This document shows positions 1 to 10,900 of a stretch of 64,000 nt of DNA, piece by piece. The notes under the pieces are model-generated. The model was not told the DNA's origin. It saw only the letters and a program-made list of their open reading frames with translations, and made no database searches. Position 1 is the first letter of the stretch; every line of letters begins with the position of its first letter. The position numbers were made by a program, and so were the translations under genes. The DNA comes from Eukaryota sp. TZLM1-RC (Eukaryota > Protista > Metamonada: BaSk clade): positions 3,162,001-3,226,000 of the forward strand of contig JAUPSS010000003.1 of the NCBI GenBank assembly GCA_040285825.1, read 5' to 3'.

Positions 1-437
1 TGTGTTCACAAGGTCAACCAGTGTAGTGATCCAGATGGTTTGAGCTACACAAGGAAGGCCATGATTTTATGTGGACTCGCCTTAAATACCAATGAGTCAT
101 GGGAAGTGGAGCAGCTGAAGCCAGAACTCCAGAAAATCGTAGCAAAACACTCTGAAAAGTTCAATGGCAGAAAGCCAGAAACTTGGACAGTGATGGAGAA
201 TGATTGAGAATAGGTTATAGGTTACAATGGGTATAAAATTTAGGTCTTGAATGTTGTGTTCTAATGAAAAAAATCCCGACTTATTTACTACATGATAAAT
301 TAGTCTGGTCCAAAGTAATAGAAATAAATGGAATATAGTCGGGATTTAATTGAGTCGGGCCCACAGTAATAGTTATATGGTCGACATCAAAACTATGGAA
401 ATTAGTCGGGACCAGACTAATTAAACCGTTTACTATA
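1..437 (+). mobile_element. Right end of a probable pogo/Tc1-mariner-like DNA transposon: transposase C-terminus (1-207), subterminal repeats, TIR
   Basis: Frame 1 is open to TGA at 205-207 (GLSYTRKAMILCGLALNTNESWEVEQLKPELQKIVAKH), resembling protist pogo-like transposase tails. AGTCGGG/CCCGACT motifs repeat at 275-410. AATTAGTCTGGTCC (298-311) is the reverse complement of GGACCAGACTAATT (409-422). The end reads ...CCGTTTACTA|TA. Confidence 0.45.
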
Positions 438-509
438 CTATCTCAACATTAACCAATTTCTTTGAAGCTGTAGATCTCAGTTTCTGTATTCTCTTACCAC
501 CATTTCTGA

Positions 510-1868
510 ATGAAAGAGACACTTGATATACGTCTCTTTGGGACGATTGTCCTGACTAAGCTGATTCCAACAATATACAAAACGTTTCGTATAAACTTGT
601 TGGGCAATCTACCAAGTGATTCTGGGGTTAACATCGCGTCACAGGTTGCCTGGCTCGATGTTGCATACGAAATTGTACATGAGTGCCTCATCCTCCCACT
701 ATTCTTTTTCATTGGAAAGCTCATGAAGCAATCATCGATTGGTCAATGTACAAAGCGTAAGGTCGGAAGTCATCTCCGGTCTATCTACGTTACTGCCGGT
801 TCAATATATTCAATAATGTCGTTGCTTCTTATTCTATTTATTAGACCCATTCTGCAGATGATGGGACTAAGTGACGAACTTATTCAGGACTCTGTTTCGT
901 ACATGAGATTTGAGACCATTAGCCTGATGGTCGGAACTCTGCTCAGGATCTCGATCATCGTTCTCATGTTTCTGGACGAGATGCAGGAAAAAGCATTGGG
1001 GTCAACATACCTACTCAAGGTTCTAGTCGTCCAAATGTGCGTCACTGTCGCTGGTGACGCATTTCTCCTGAGAAAAGGAGTGGGATCACTTAATCTTGGT
1101 GTTTTGGCCATTGCTTTCACCAACATTGTTGCCACTAGTGGCTGTCTTGCACTAACGTTTCACTTCCTTCATAGGGAGTCCATCTTGATTTTTCTCAAGG
1201 AACGTTGTCCATTTAAGTGGCAGACCCAGTGGTTCAAGGCTGGCTCTCTTTCAGGAGCCGAGTCCTTTGTGCGCAATATGGCGTTTATGACCATTGTGTT
1301 GCGCTTCATGAATGAATTGAACCATCAGGGAACGTTTTGGTTGGCCAACCACTTTATCTGGTCGTGGCTCTTGTTACCTGTACTATCTCTAGGCGAAGTG
1401 ATCAAGAGAGACATTGGCAAATGTCCCTCAAATGTTTACACCTCCTTCACGTTATACTTGAGATCTACTTTATACATAATTGCTGGGTGGGCAGTCTCTC
1501 TACCTGTATGGAAATGGTTCATGAAAAATGTCATGAACGTGGAGGATGTGAACAGTGTCTTTAATGTAGTGATGCTGTCAGTATCCTTTTATCTTGTTTT
1601 TGCCATCAACAATATCATTGATTCCATGTTCTATGGCATTGGGCGTACCGATCTCATGCTGTATCAAAGTATCCTTACCAATGGAATCGTATATGGATTG
1701 ACATTCTTCCTTTATGTCAAGAACATCTATGAACCAAGCCTTTATTCTGTAGCATTTATATTCGGCATGGGTATTGCAGTAGATAGTGCCATTACCTTTG
1801 CAATGTACTGGTACCTGAAGCCACGTCAAAAGCTAGAACCTAAGTTTGAGGCTAATGTGGCTGTTTAA
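510..1868 (+). CDS. MATE-family multidrug/Na+-driven efflux transporter, intronless, bacterial-like subfamily
   Basis: 452 aa with ~12 hydrophobic segments. Motifs PTIYKTFRINLLG, NIASQVAWL..YEIVHECLILPLF, GAESFVRN, FW.AN.FIW.WLLLP, DSMFYGIGRT. Confidence 0.75.
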   Translation: MKETLDIRLFGTIVLTKLIPTIYKTFRINLLGNLPSDSGVNIASQVAWLDVAYEIVHECLILPLFFFIGKLMKQSSIGQCTKRKVGSHLRSIYVTAGSIYSIMSLLLILFIRPILQMMGLSDELIQDSVSYMRFETISLMVGTLLRISIIVLMFLDEMQEKALGSTYLLKVLVVQMCVTVAGDAFLLRKGVGSLNLGVLAIAFTNIVATSGCLALTFHFLHRESILIFLKERCPFKWQTQWFKAGSLSGAESFVRNMAFMTIVLRFMNELNHQGTFWLANHFIWSWLLLPVLSLGEVIKRDIGKCPSNVYTSFTLYLRSTLYIIAGWAVSLPVWKWFMKNVMNVEDVNSVFNVVMLSVSFYLVFAINNIIDSMFYGIGRTDLMLYQSILTNGIVYGLTFFLYVKNIYEPSLYSVAFIFGMGIAVDSAITFAMYWYLKPRQKLEPKFEANVAV

Positions 1869-1917
1869 CCAGTGTTTTTGTTGAATAAAGGCTGATTTTT
1901 CGGTTTTTGAAGAACTC

Positions 1918-2328
1918 TCAAATGATAAAGATAGAAAACTTGCTCAATATGTGCTGATTGTCATTTTCAAACTCAAACATCAGGTTTTCATTTTTCCAAA
2001 CACATTTAACTTCAATGTATGACAGGCAATTTCTATAAACACCAAGTTCTGCCACTAATTTCTTTGTTCTAAAATGCATAAAATCAGTGTTCATACAACT
2101 AATCTTTTCAACCAACCATTCAATGAAATTCTCAACATCATCATAGCCATTATCAGACACTTGTGCTTCAAACTGACTGTTACCGTTAGAAAAGAAAATA
2201 GAGAAAATGTTGACTCCAAGGGTATGTCTACTCAGACTTGACATAACCACGTGTTTATTGACACGTACCAATTTTTCATATGTGTTATTGTTGCATAAAC
2301 TCTTGTGCTTTCTGACTATATTCAACAT
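1918..2328 (-). CDS. Hypothetical protein (136 aa)
   Basis: Open frame with ATG, convergent on the MATE gene; no recognisable motif. Confidence 0.3.
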   Translation of the reverse strand: MLNIVRKHKSLCNNNTYEKLVRVNKHVVMSSLSRHTLGVNIFSIFFSNGNSQFEAQVSDNGYDDVENFIEWLVEKISCMNTDFMHFRTKKLVAELGVYRNCLSYIEVKCVWKNENLMFEFENDNQHILSKFSIFII

Positions 2329-3774
2329 ATTTATTCAGTTTATCGTCAGAAAATGCCCTTGCAGAGTTCAGGTTAGCTCCTCCGCGTTAATCGATGCCTC
2401 ACCTATCAGTGCTCAACTCCCTCCCGTGAATGTTATCCCCGCTGCATTTTCTCCGTCTTTTATACCTATGTAGCTTTATAGATTAAGTAAATTGATAGAA
2501 ACACCTCAGAGGGAGATTTGTAAATGTTGCAAGCTCAATAGTTCACGTTGATTGTTAATATAATAGGAAATACACATTTTTATTATTGGAATGTATTTTA
2601 TTTTTGCTATCAAGTAACATGGTATTCGTCCAAGTGCTATTGGCGAAGCAATTATTCGTTTCTTTGTTTCAGTTGTTTTTCATCGTGTTGTTTCTAAGGC
2701 TGTAAAGTTTTTATCGTTTTTTGAATTAAAACCATTGATGATGCTTCAGTTACAACCTAACAACTGCAATAAAAAATAAATCAATAAAATTAAAATAAAG
2801 TGAAAATTGTATTAATCAGATTTATATTTTTAATTTTGATTTAAAAAATGCTCTTAACTCTGTACACCAATATGCAGTGTAAGATGTAATCCAAAAAAGA
2901 ATTTCCTGAATTGTTTAGTATTTTATTTGAAACAAAAAATTATATCAGAAGAAATATTGGTTTTATGCTAAATCCGAACAAATGTCTCCTTTGGGTGAGA
3001 TGAATCAATTAAATTTTGATTGAAAAGTTGTTCAATAACATTAATTTACCTAAATGTCTTCTCATTACAAATATGAACAATTGTTTAATCATTGATGGTT
3101 CCGAATTTCGTTTTGTAGACTATGGCTCAAATGTTTTCTGTTGTCTAGACTGCTACCTTGAGAATTTTCCCAAAATCACAGCAGTTCCCAATGTTTTAGG
3201 ATATTTTTAAGACTCCCTGGCACTCGAGCCTGCCTGCCGACGATGAGTTCCACTCATGGGTCGCTGCAGGTGATGTTGAAGCACACATCATCATCTATGT
3301 CACATAACCCTAGCCAAAGACCAAATTGATTTTGGGAACAATCTGGTCTTGATATTATATTATATTATAAATGATATTTTGTTGTGGACATTACATTCAA
3401 TCATGAACACTGTTATGAAAAACACCGTGTTTTATTTTTAAAGGCTAAAACACAGGTTTATTTCAAAGAACCCAATGCTGTCTTTAACACTGGTGAGACT
3501 ACTGTGAATTTCACTTATCATGCATTCCCCTGTGAAATTCACTCCTGTTTTCAACTTTCTCAATGTCTACTCACAGGCTGTAAGAGACATGTAGCATCAT
3601 TTGACAAAGACAATCATGATCTTCATCAATGGGCTACCTCACTTAAATACACCTACTGCTTTCACAGAACAAAGCCTCGCGACTTGATGTATCTAAGTGG
3701 ATCTACCAAATGCTACTAGGGCATTTGTAGATCGGTCTCAAAAGTTTTAGTTTCTGTATGCTCACGTTCCCTAT

Positions 3775-5730
3775 TCATCTCCTCAGCAGAGCATCTGGGC
3801 AAATGTATCTTTCCGGCCACAATTCCGCTTTTTTCTTAATTTGAATATTTTTTGCAGCGGAAATATCTCTGTCATATACTATTTGACACTCAGTACAAAT
3901 ACGCATCTGCCATGAGCCTGCTTGAATATTCTCGGCCATGCAACAACTTGACATTTTGCTTGTATTAAATTCACTGGTTGACAAGTGCTTCACGTCCTTT
4001 TGATAACACAACCATTTTCTGAAAGTCCTTGCTGATCCATATCGATTGACTTTTCGTCAATGAGAAGGGAAATTAGCAGAACCCACAGCAAGATAGAGTT
4101 TTTCAGGATGTCCAGCCAGCCTTTGAAATTTGTTGAGACTCTCTCTGAACCGTCTCTCTTTTCGTCTGCGGTTATCAAATTTAATTATTTTCCATTTCTG
4201 GCGATTACTTTCCAAATACACTTTCCTCCTGACCAAATTCCAATGGTTCAAATATTGGTTGAAATTTTGAACGGAATATTGGTTGGGAGAGTGTTTACTG
4301 GGTGAAGGTTTTGTCATGTATCTTCTGCCAGTTGGACAAGGGATAACTCCACATTGATTATCATTTAAGAAGTAACCACATAATCTTGATTGGCCAAGAT
4401 CAACGCCGATAAGGGGGCTTTCAGGTAAAATTTCGACTGGATGTCTACGTCTTCGACGGGGCATTTTTTTAGTACCCTTCAACTGTGTTTCTCTGGTTTT
4501 GTTGGCATCAGGGTCACTTTTCATTTCATTTTTTGATCTTCTTTTCTTTTTCGGTGGTTCATCCAGCTCATCTGTGTTTTCTGAGTCATTATTTTTACCT
4601 TCAAAGGTCAAAAGCAGTTCATTACCATTAGTTTTCAATAAAATTTTTTTAAATCTATTTTTCAAACTTTTTCTGTTGATATTGAATTTTTGGTAAGGAC
4701 ATTGTTTGAATACTCGTTTCAGACATGTATTTCTGATAAACTTTGTTTTGGAAGATGATCCTTCAATAATTGGAAATTTTTTCACAGAGTGGAAAATTTG
4801 TGAAGGTACCTCAATAAATTTAGAACCTTTATGAGAAGCTAAAGGTATTATTCTAAATTTCTTCCAGCAATGCATATGAGAAAAGAAAGTGAGTAAGTAT
4901 TGTGAAATTTTAAGATTGAAGAGAAAAAGCTCACCAATTTCCTTTGATGAAAAAGTGATTTTATCATGTGAGGACAGTAGGGAGGCAGTGGTAGGAAATC
5001 TTTGGAGGAGATTCAAGATAAACCTACATGCATTCAATAAAAAAAATCTTTCTCTTGAATTATTCAAATTGAAATTGATGAAGTATTCAAGAACAGAATC
5101 AACTACTACTTCCTCGGGTTGGGCTAGTGGTTCATCTGGCAAAAGTGAAAGAATATTATTTGCAAAGACATTTGTTTTATTCAGGGCTCTACAATGAGCA
5201 CGAATAAAGTTTTTTGTCCAGGATTGACAAATTTTGGGTAAACATGTCTTAACGTTGGAGGCCAATTGACGAGCCCGACAAGCAAGGTAAGGAGAAAGCC
5301 CTTTTCTATTGATAAAATTACATTTCTGGGACTGCAGCCAATCATTGAGGAAAAGATTGAATGAATTTCTGTAAGGCACTAAAGAATTTTCCCACACAGA
5401 AACAAGAGACCTGTCTTGGGGGCATTCAGGAAGAAATCCATTGTAAAAGATATGGAGTAATTGGCGTTGGCCTTTAGATGTGGAAGGCTTAGGAAAAGAA
5501 CCAGTGGTGATGACGGTCATAAACAGATACCATACATCCTGTTCCACTAAAGCTCTAGATGCCAACGGAAAATTTAGAAGAAAAGATTGAAGTAATAAAG
5601 AAGCTTCATGACAAATCTCGGTGACCACAGGAAGGTCAGTCCGAATTTGTTGCACCGCTGCAGGGGTCAGCAGTGAGTTAAGTGCACAAGACCGAGTGAA
5701 TACACGTGATACAGAGGGGGTGTCTGACAT
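3775..5730 (-). pseudogene. Fanzor/TnpB-like RNA-guided nuclease (651 codons) with one in-frame TGA at 4057-4059
   Basis: ORFs 4057..5730 and 3775..4011 are in the same frame; the junction reads GSANFPSH*RKVNRYGSARTFRKWLCYQK. RuvC-I IGVDLG, RuvC-II TSEFNTSK, Zn ribbon CC...CTEC, RuvC-III YDRDISAAKNI. NLS PPKKKRR. Confidence 0.85.
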
Positions 5731-6030
5731 GTAGTGAGAATAAAGAGCTCATCTATCAAATTTTACACTTGTCACCCATTTTCAACTTCTGGTTGCCTAT
5801 TCTGGGAGGTTTTTAACCCTCAACTTGGTTTTGGGAGGTTTTCACTATTCTTACACTTTCCCAACTAGTGGTTCTTATATCTTTCACTCAACTTCTTTTC
5901 TGAGGTTTAGGAGTCCCTTGTAATCTTTCAACTTCTTTCTATTACTCCCTCAGTTCATGACCCCACTACTGGCCCTCCACAAACTGCAACCTATGCTGCT
6001 CTACCACCGACGCCTCAACCGGTACAGTCC

Positions 6031-6285
6031 ATGTACACACCTCCTGCTCCTCGCTCATCCGGTAATAATACCAGGAAAACTTTCCTTGAAAGCTCTGATT
6101 GGAAGTTAAACAAAACTGTTAGTCATTCATCAAACAAAAACACTTCTGTCCCTAGCGTTTCACTTGGCTTGAAGCTTTCTAATGGCATCTCGAAGGAAAA
6201 TGTTAACATTGAGCTAGACGAACGAGAGCTGGAAGCCCTTTTCAATACTGTTGAAGATATCTCTGTTCATTTAGACAATCTGTAA
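6031..6285 (+). CDS. COMM-domain (COMMD-like) protein or gene fragment
   Basis: DWKLNKTVSHSS...VPSVSLGLKLSNG..ENVNIELDERELEALFNTVEDISVHLDNL fits the COMM domain pattern (W..d...ss, P.v.l.l.l, v.fEl...el..l...l). The frame is open upstream to ~5911 (Pro/Thr-rich). Confidence 0.6.
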   Translation: MYTPPAPRSSGNNTRKTFLESSDWKLNKTVSHSSNKNTSVPSVSLGLKLSNGISKENVNIELDERELEALFNTVEDISVHLDNL

Positions 6286-6500
6286 TAAAGTAAGTTATTT
6301 TGTAAATAAATAGTTGATGTTTTTTGTTGTTTATTTGAACATTATTGGCACGTTATTATGCTAAGAAGCTCCTGAACTGTGTGTTCTAGGTTTTCTGTGT
6401 TTTATGTCTACACCATTAAGTAAAAGTTGAAAACTAAGGCCCATAGATGTCGTAGGGAGAAACCAGACGTTGGTGCATGATCAAAGATAATATTTTACAA

Positions 6501-6818
6501 TTATGCAGTGTTCTGTGACACCAATAGAAAAACTATAATTAATTTCTTGTCAACTTTCATTGTAGACTCACTAAACTGATCATAAGGTAACAAACCAGCA
6601 GCTATAATTTCATCACACAACAATAATTGAGAAGAAATAACAGCAGATGAACGAATCATATTTCTTAAAACACAATAGTTGTCCCAAATTCCAAGTTCCT
6701 TTGGATCACAGCCTTCTCCAGAAAAGACATCTAAACCAACAATGCCACCCTCTTCGGCTTCTTCTTGCAAGTTGATAATAGTCTCTTCAGCATCAAGACC
6801 AGAGTTTTGAGCAAGTGT
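6501..6818 (-). pseudogene. CCT6: 5'-truncated fragment of chaperonin CCT zeta (C-terminal ~75 aa) with an unrelated tail
   Basis: TLAQNSGLDAEETII...VGLDVFSGEGCDPKELGIWDNYCV...SQLLLCDEIIAAG matches the CCT6 C-terminus. It is preceded by an in-frame stop, and there is no room for the other ~450 aa before RER1. Confidence 0.75.
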
Positions 6819-6966
6819 TTATCTCAATAGGTCAGAAACACAAAAAAGGGATTAGGGAGGGATTAGGGAGGGAAGGGAAAAAAAGGGATTTGTATTCAAC
6901 CTAAAATTCAACCACACTAATAAAATTTATTTCTGACTCTTTGGTTCGCAGCATTCACTTCCATCA

Positions 6967-7545
6967 ATGTTATCAACACAAAATCCATCAACACGCCTCC
7001 AAAACTTCAAACTGGTAGTGGACCAAACAGCTCCCTTTATGAAACTTCGGTGGATTGTATTTACTTTCTTTCTACTGGTCTTCACTTCCAGAGTCATTGT
7101 TAAGGATGGTTACTACATCATAGCCTACGCACTGGGAATATTTCTACTCTTAACCCTTGTGACTTTCCTTACACCCAAAGCAGGTCTCCCTTCTGAAGGG
7201 CCAGACAGACTTCCCTTACATGAAGCTGAGGACGATGAGTTTAGACCATTTATAAGAAAACTCCCTGAGTTTAAAGCTTGGAAACAAGCCACACTTGCCA
7301 CACTTTCCTCTCTATTTGCTTCATTCCTGCCCTTCCTCGACATCCCAGTCTATCTCCCAATCCTTGTACTTTACTTCATTGGTATCTCTTTTGCCATGCT
7401 GCGTGTCCATGTTGAACATTGGATCAAGTATAGATACCTTCCCTTTAGTTTTGGTAAGAAACAGTATTCGAGAAGAAGGAGTGCACATTCAGAAAGTACG
7501 GGTTCCGTAGGTACACAGCCTACAATAGTTTTGCCGTCTTACTAG
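6967..7545 (+). CDS. RER1: RER1 retention-in-ER sorting receptor
   Basis: RWIV, GYYIIAYALGIFLL, FLTPK, DDEFRPFIRKLPEFKAW, DIPVYLPILVLYF, IKYRYLPFSFGKKQY. Confidence 0.95.
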   Translation: MLSTQNPSTRLQNFKLVVDQTAPFMKLRWIVFTFFLLVFTSRVIVKDGYYIIAYALGIFLLLTLVTFLTPKAGLPSEGPDRLPLHEAEDDEFRPFIRKLPEFKAWKQATLATLSSLFASFLPFLDIPVYLPILVLYFIGISFAMLRVHVEHWIKYRYLPFSFGKKQYSRRRSAHSESTGSVGTQPTIVLPSY

Positions 7546-8360
7546 AAAAATAAATGTTTTTTGAATTTAGTTGTTTTTCGCTTTTGTTTATAATTCAATT
7601 AGTGCTTCATTTCATCTTTTAATCATTACCGTTTAATCATTTTATAAACCTTCATTTTTTCAATCATTTTTCCAGATATTTCAATAAGAAACTCAAAGTG
7701 GATCATCATTATTGATCAATTATTGTTCATTGTTTTTTATTATTACTTTCAGGGCCATCTAATAAATGATCAAAATTATTACATCATACTTTATTGCTCA
7801 TTCTAATTTAGCTATTCTAAAATTTATGTGTTTAAGAAAACTGCAATCACTGAATGTTGATTCAGTAATAAGATAATCCAGTCATGAGAGCTTCAAAGGT
7901 CACATTGACCTTCGATACCAAAAGTTAACTTTACAGCAAGATGACACTCAGAAATCAGGAAATTTTTAATTAATTTAAAAATATACAGACTATTGGAATA
8001 GTGATTGGGATAACATTAAAATAAAGCAATAGACCGTAATAGTGATGATGTCTCTACAAACACATCATAACAACTTGGTTACTTCAAAAGTATTTGGACG
8101 TTTGCTTTGGAGTTTATCCCTCCTGCCTGGTTACAAGATGAACGGTAGTGTAGTGGTTATTGATGACTGCTTTTGACAGACTAGATGGTGGAATATTGAT
8201 TTATAAACTATTATAGAATAAAACTCTATTATGAATGTCAAATTAGACAATATGTATCAAAACATTCTACAACACACCAAGAAAAAGATATCTTCAATAG
8301 ATATCTGCGAATGACCCTTATTAAAACAAATCCACTGTCTGTAGTGTTCAATCTACAGCA

Positions 8361-8717
8361 ATGTCATCAAAGAAGCAACAATCTCAAAACCTCCAATTCT
8401 ACGAAGGTGGAACTATTCTTCCATTTAACCTGGGCAAATGTCCAAAGGGAGGATGTTTGATCGATATGAACAACCAGTCGATAGCCAAGCATGGTTTAAG
8501 CCCTGAAGAAAGAGAACGATACAGAGAAGTCAAGTTTGTTGGCAAAGAAGAAGGTCCTGGTCACCACGTCTATCCAGGAGGAAGGATCTTGCCCCAGAAA
8601 TATGGTGGTGGAAAAGCACCCCCTGGTGGAGTTGATGTAGATGAAGAAGGCAACATCACTATTCTAGATGCTGAGAAGGCTCGACAAGCCGGCTATGAAT
8701 TTGAAGAAGCTGAATAG
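8361..8717 (+). CDS. Hypothetical Gly-rich protein with two internal repeats (118 aa)
   Basis: Clean ORF followed by AATAAA. Repeats YEGGTILP..LGKCPKGG..ID and YPGGRILP..GGKAPPGG.DVD. Confidence 0.65.
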   Translation: MSSKKQQSQNLQFYEGGTILPFNLGKCPKGGCLIDMNNQSIAKHGLSPEERERYREVKFVGKEEGPGHHVYPGGRILPQKYGGGKAPPGGVDVDEEGNITILDAEKARQAGYEFEEAE

Positions 8718-8778
8718 ATGTAAATAAATAAATGTTGAAAGAATGAAAATTTAAAATATAGGGATTTATACAAAAACT

Positions 8779-10016
8779 TTTATTAAACTTACACATTTGA
8801 CAAAATAAACTCATAACTAATGGGACAAAATTCATTGAAACACGATTTCCTCTAAAAAATCTTGATCTGCTTGCTGTCTAGCTAAAGCTTCTCTAATTCG
8901 ATTGAAAAACCAAGGCAATCTATTAATAATGGCAAATTGAACACACGAGCGCCATAAAAAGATATCAAATCTTTTCATTGTCTTTTTTTGAACCATTTTT
9001 TGGAAGTCATTCAAAAAAGTTTCTGCTTCATCTGATAATTTTTCATTTATCGAAAATGGGAAAGCAATAAAAACTAGCTGTGTATTTCTATCAGCATTAG
9101 CCTCCTCAATATCTTTATCATATTTTCTATGTTTATCTTTTGTTTTAATATCAGGAGCACTCACAGGATTAAGTTTTCTTCTGTGAACCAAAGTATTATT
9201 TGCAACATTACATGAGACAAAGTCAACAACAGCTCCAGAATTATCAATCCAATCACAGTATACATCACCTCTATCATCAGAACCAAAATTATTCAGAGAA
9301 AGTGTTTCCTTCAGCAGAGGCTCTTTGATACACGATATTCTTGCAGTTTGTGCCATATTGAAAACAATGTCTCTAACAGCATTATGTAATGAAGAACGAT
9401 AAGTTATCAATTTAGAACAATTCAGCGCATAGCGCAAAGTGAGTTGAGGTGAATTCATACAAATACATTTTTCTTTTGATAGATTAATGGGGATATTCAA
9501 ATATAATCTCATTTTTGTTACAAATGCTTCATTAGTGGCACACAATCCAAATCTTCGTGGTACAATGGTTACAAAAAGTGAAGAATCTGATGACTTAATT
9601 TCACAAACACCCTTTTCCAATAACAATGAGTGAAGATCTTGATTTAAAACAGCCGAGCTGCATATATTATTATAAAGATCATTTTCATACATTCCAGTCA
9701 ATCGTTTCTGTAATGTTCGAAGAATGTACTTCAAATTTAAAGGATCCTATTCTGGAATATTGCCATTGAATGATTGGAGAAAACATGCACTCCATTTTTC
9801 TACACCAATTTTTGAAATTTCTTCATTTAATGCAAAAACAGTGGAACTTTGCGTTGTCATCAATAAATCTTCCCAAGCTGCAAATCTTTAGGAAACTCAA
9901 AGATGCATTTCTGCATCCACCAATAAAAGCACACGAAATAAGAATAGAAGCCTTCGTCCAACCTAAACCGCCATAATGTGGACTAAGATAAGCATGGTCT
10001 GGAATTTGGAACATTT
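8779..10016 (-). mobile_element. CRE/SLACS-like non-LTR retrotransposon family 1, copy A (5'-truncated; Zn knuckle + REL endonuclease)
   Basis: ORF 8832..9734: CIC...(H>Y)ALNC, RSSLHNAVRD, EP, DDRGDVYCD...VVD, KHRKY, FIAFPFS. Near-identical to 13137-14380. Confidence 0.85.
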
Positions 10017-10609
10017 TTGAAAATTGAAGAGAAGACAATGAAAAAGGTTGATATTTTGGATTTCACTTAAGCTGAATTCCCTTCTCAACATTCAGTTTTC
10101 CTTTTTCTTCTTTTTATGATGGATTTTATAATGGAAACGCCAGTGAAACAGGTACGTGTGGACGACAACGACATGTTTTTGCAACCCAAAGAGTTATTCA
10201 GTCCTGTTGAGAGTCCAAATGCTGTTGGGACTCCAGCTCTTTCTGAGACACCAGCTGTTTCAGCATATTGTTCTTCTACCCCTCTTGAAGGATATATTAA
10301 GACGTCTGTTACTCTGTGTTATGCTCTGTTCAAACTAATCATACCAATGGCTACTCAAGTGACCATAGCATGGGCTTTAACACCACAATTGTTATAAAAA
10401 GTGTCCCAAAATGGACTTTAAAGATTTGACCAATGATTGTAATAAACAACCATTGGTCAATATACGAAACTAGGAACTTCATACGAGCCTCAGTAAATCG
10501 TATCAAAAACGATACTCTTACACTTACAGCAATGGTTTTATTAGTATGCAACAAGCAATTGTATACTTTTTGATTTTTTACTATTTTTACAATTTAATGT
10601 TTAAAAATT

Positions 10610-10900
10610 AATAAAAAACAAACAACTCAACAATAAACTAGAACTCAATATCCTCAATACACACATCTACATCATCAAATCTCTTGGGTGCGCGATTTTC
10701 ATACTCTATTGTCCAATTTTGACTTCTTGGTTGAATCATTTCCTTTTGAAGTTTCTGCATGAGGCATAGTTGCAAAAAGTTAAATTTCATTGATGAAATG
10801 ATTACTCATTCGAAAATTTGAAAATCTGTAAAGAAAACACATTTCGAATTTCAAATGTTCAAATGGCATTTTCTGCCAACGAATGTCGTTTTTGGTTCTA
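10610..10900 (-). mobile_element. Degenerate 3' end of a CRE-like element (family 2-like)
   Basis: Minus strand ends RFDDVDVCIEDIEF*, similar to WFDGVEACSEDINF* at 15189. Confidence 0.4.

Noticed and set aside
3240-3300. Hammerhead ribozyme or a second 2A (GDVEAH)
   Set aside because: There is no CUGAUGA...GAAA core, and the peptide lacks NPGP.
5731-5950. Terminal inverted repeats for the Fanzor elements
   Set aside because: Short repeated motifs are present, but I could not match them by eye to an inverted counterpart at the other end of any Fanzor locus.
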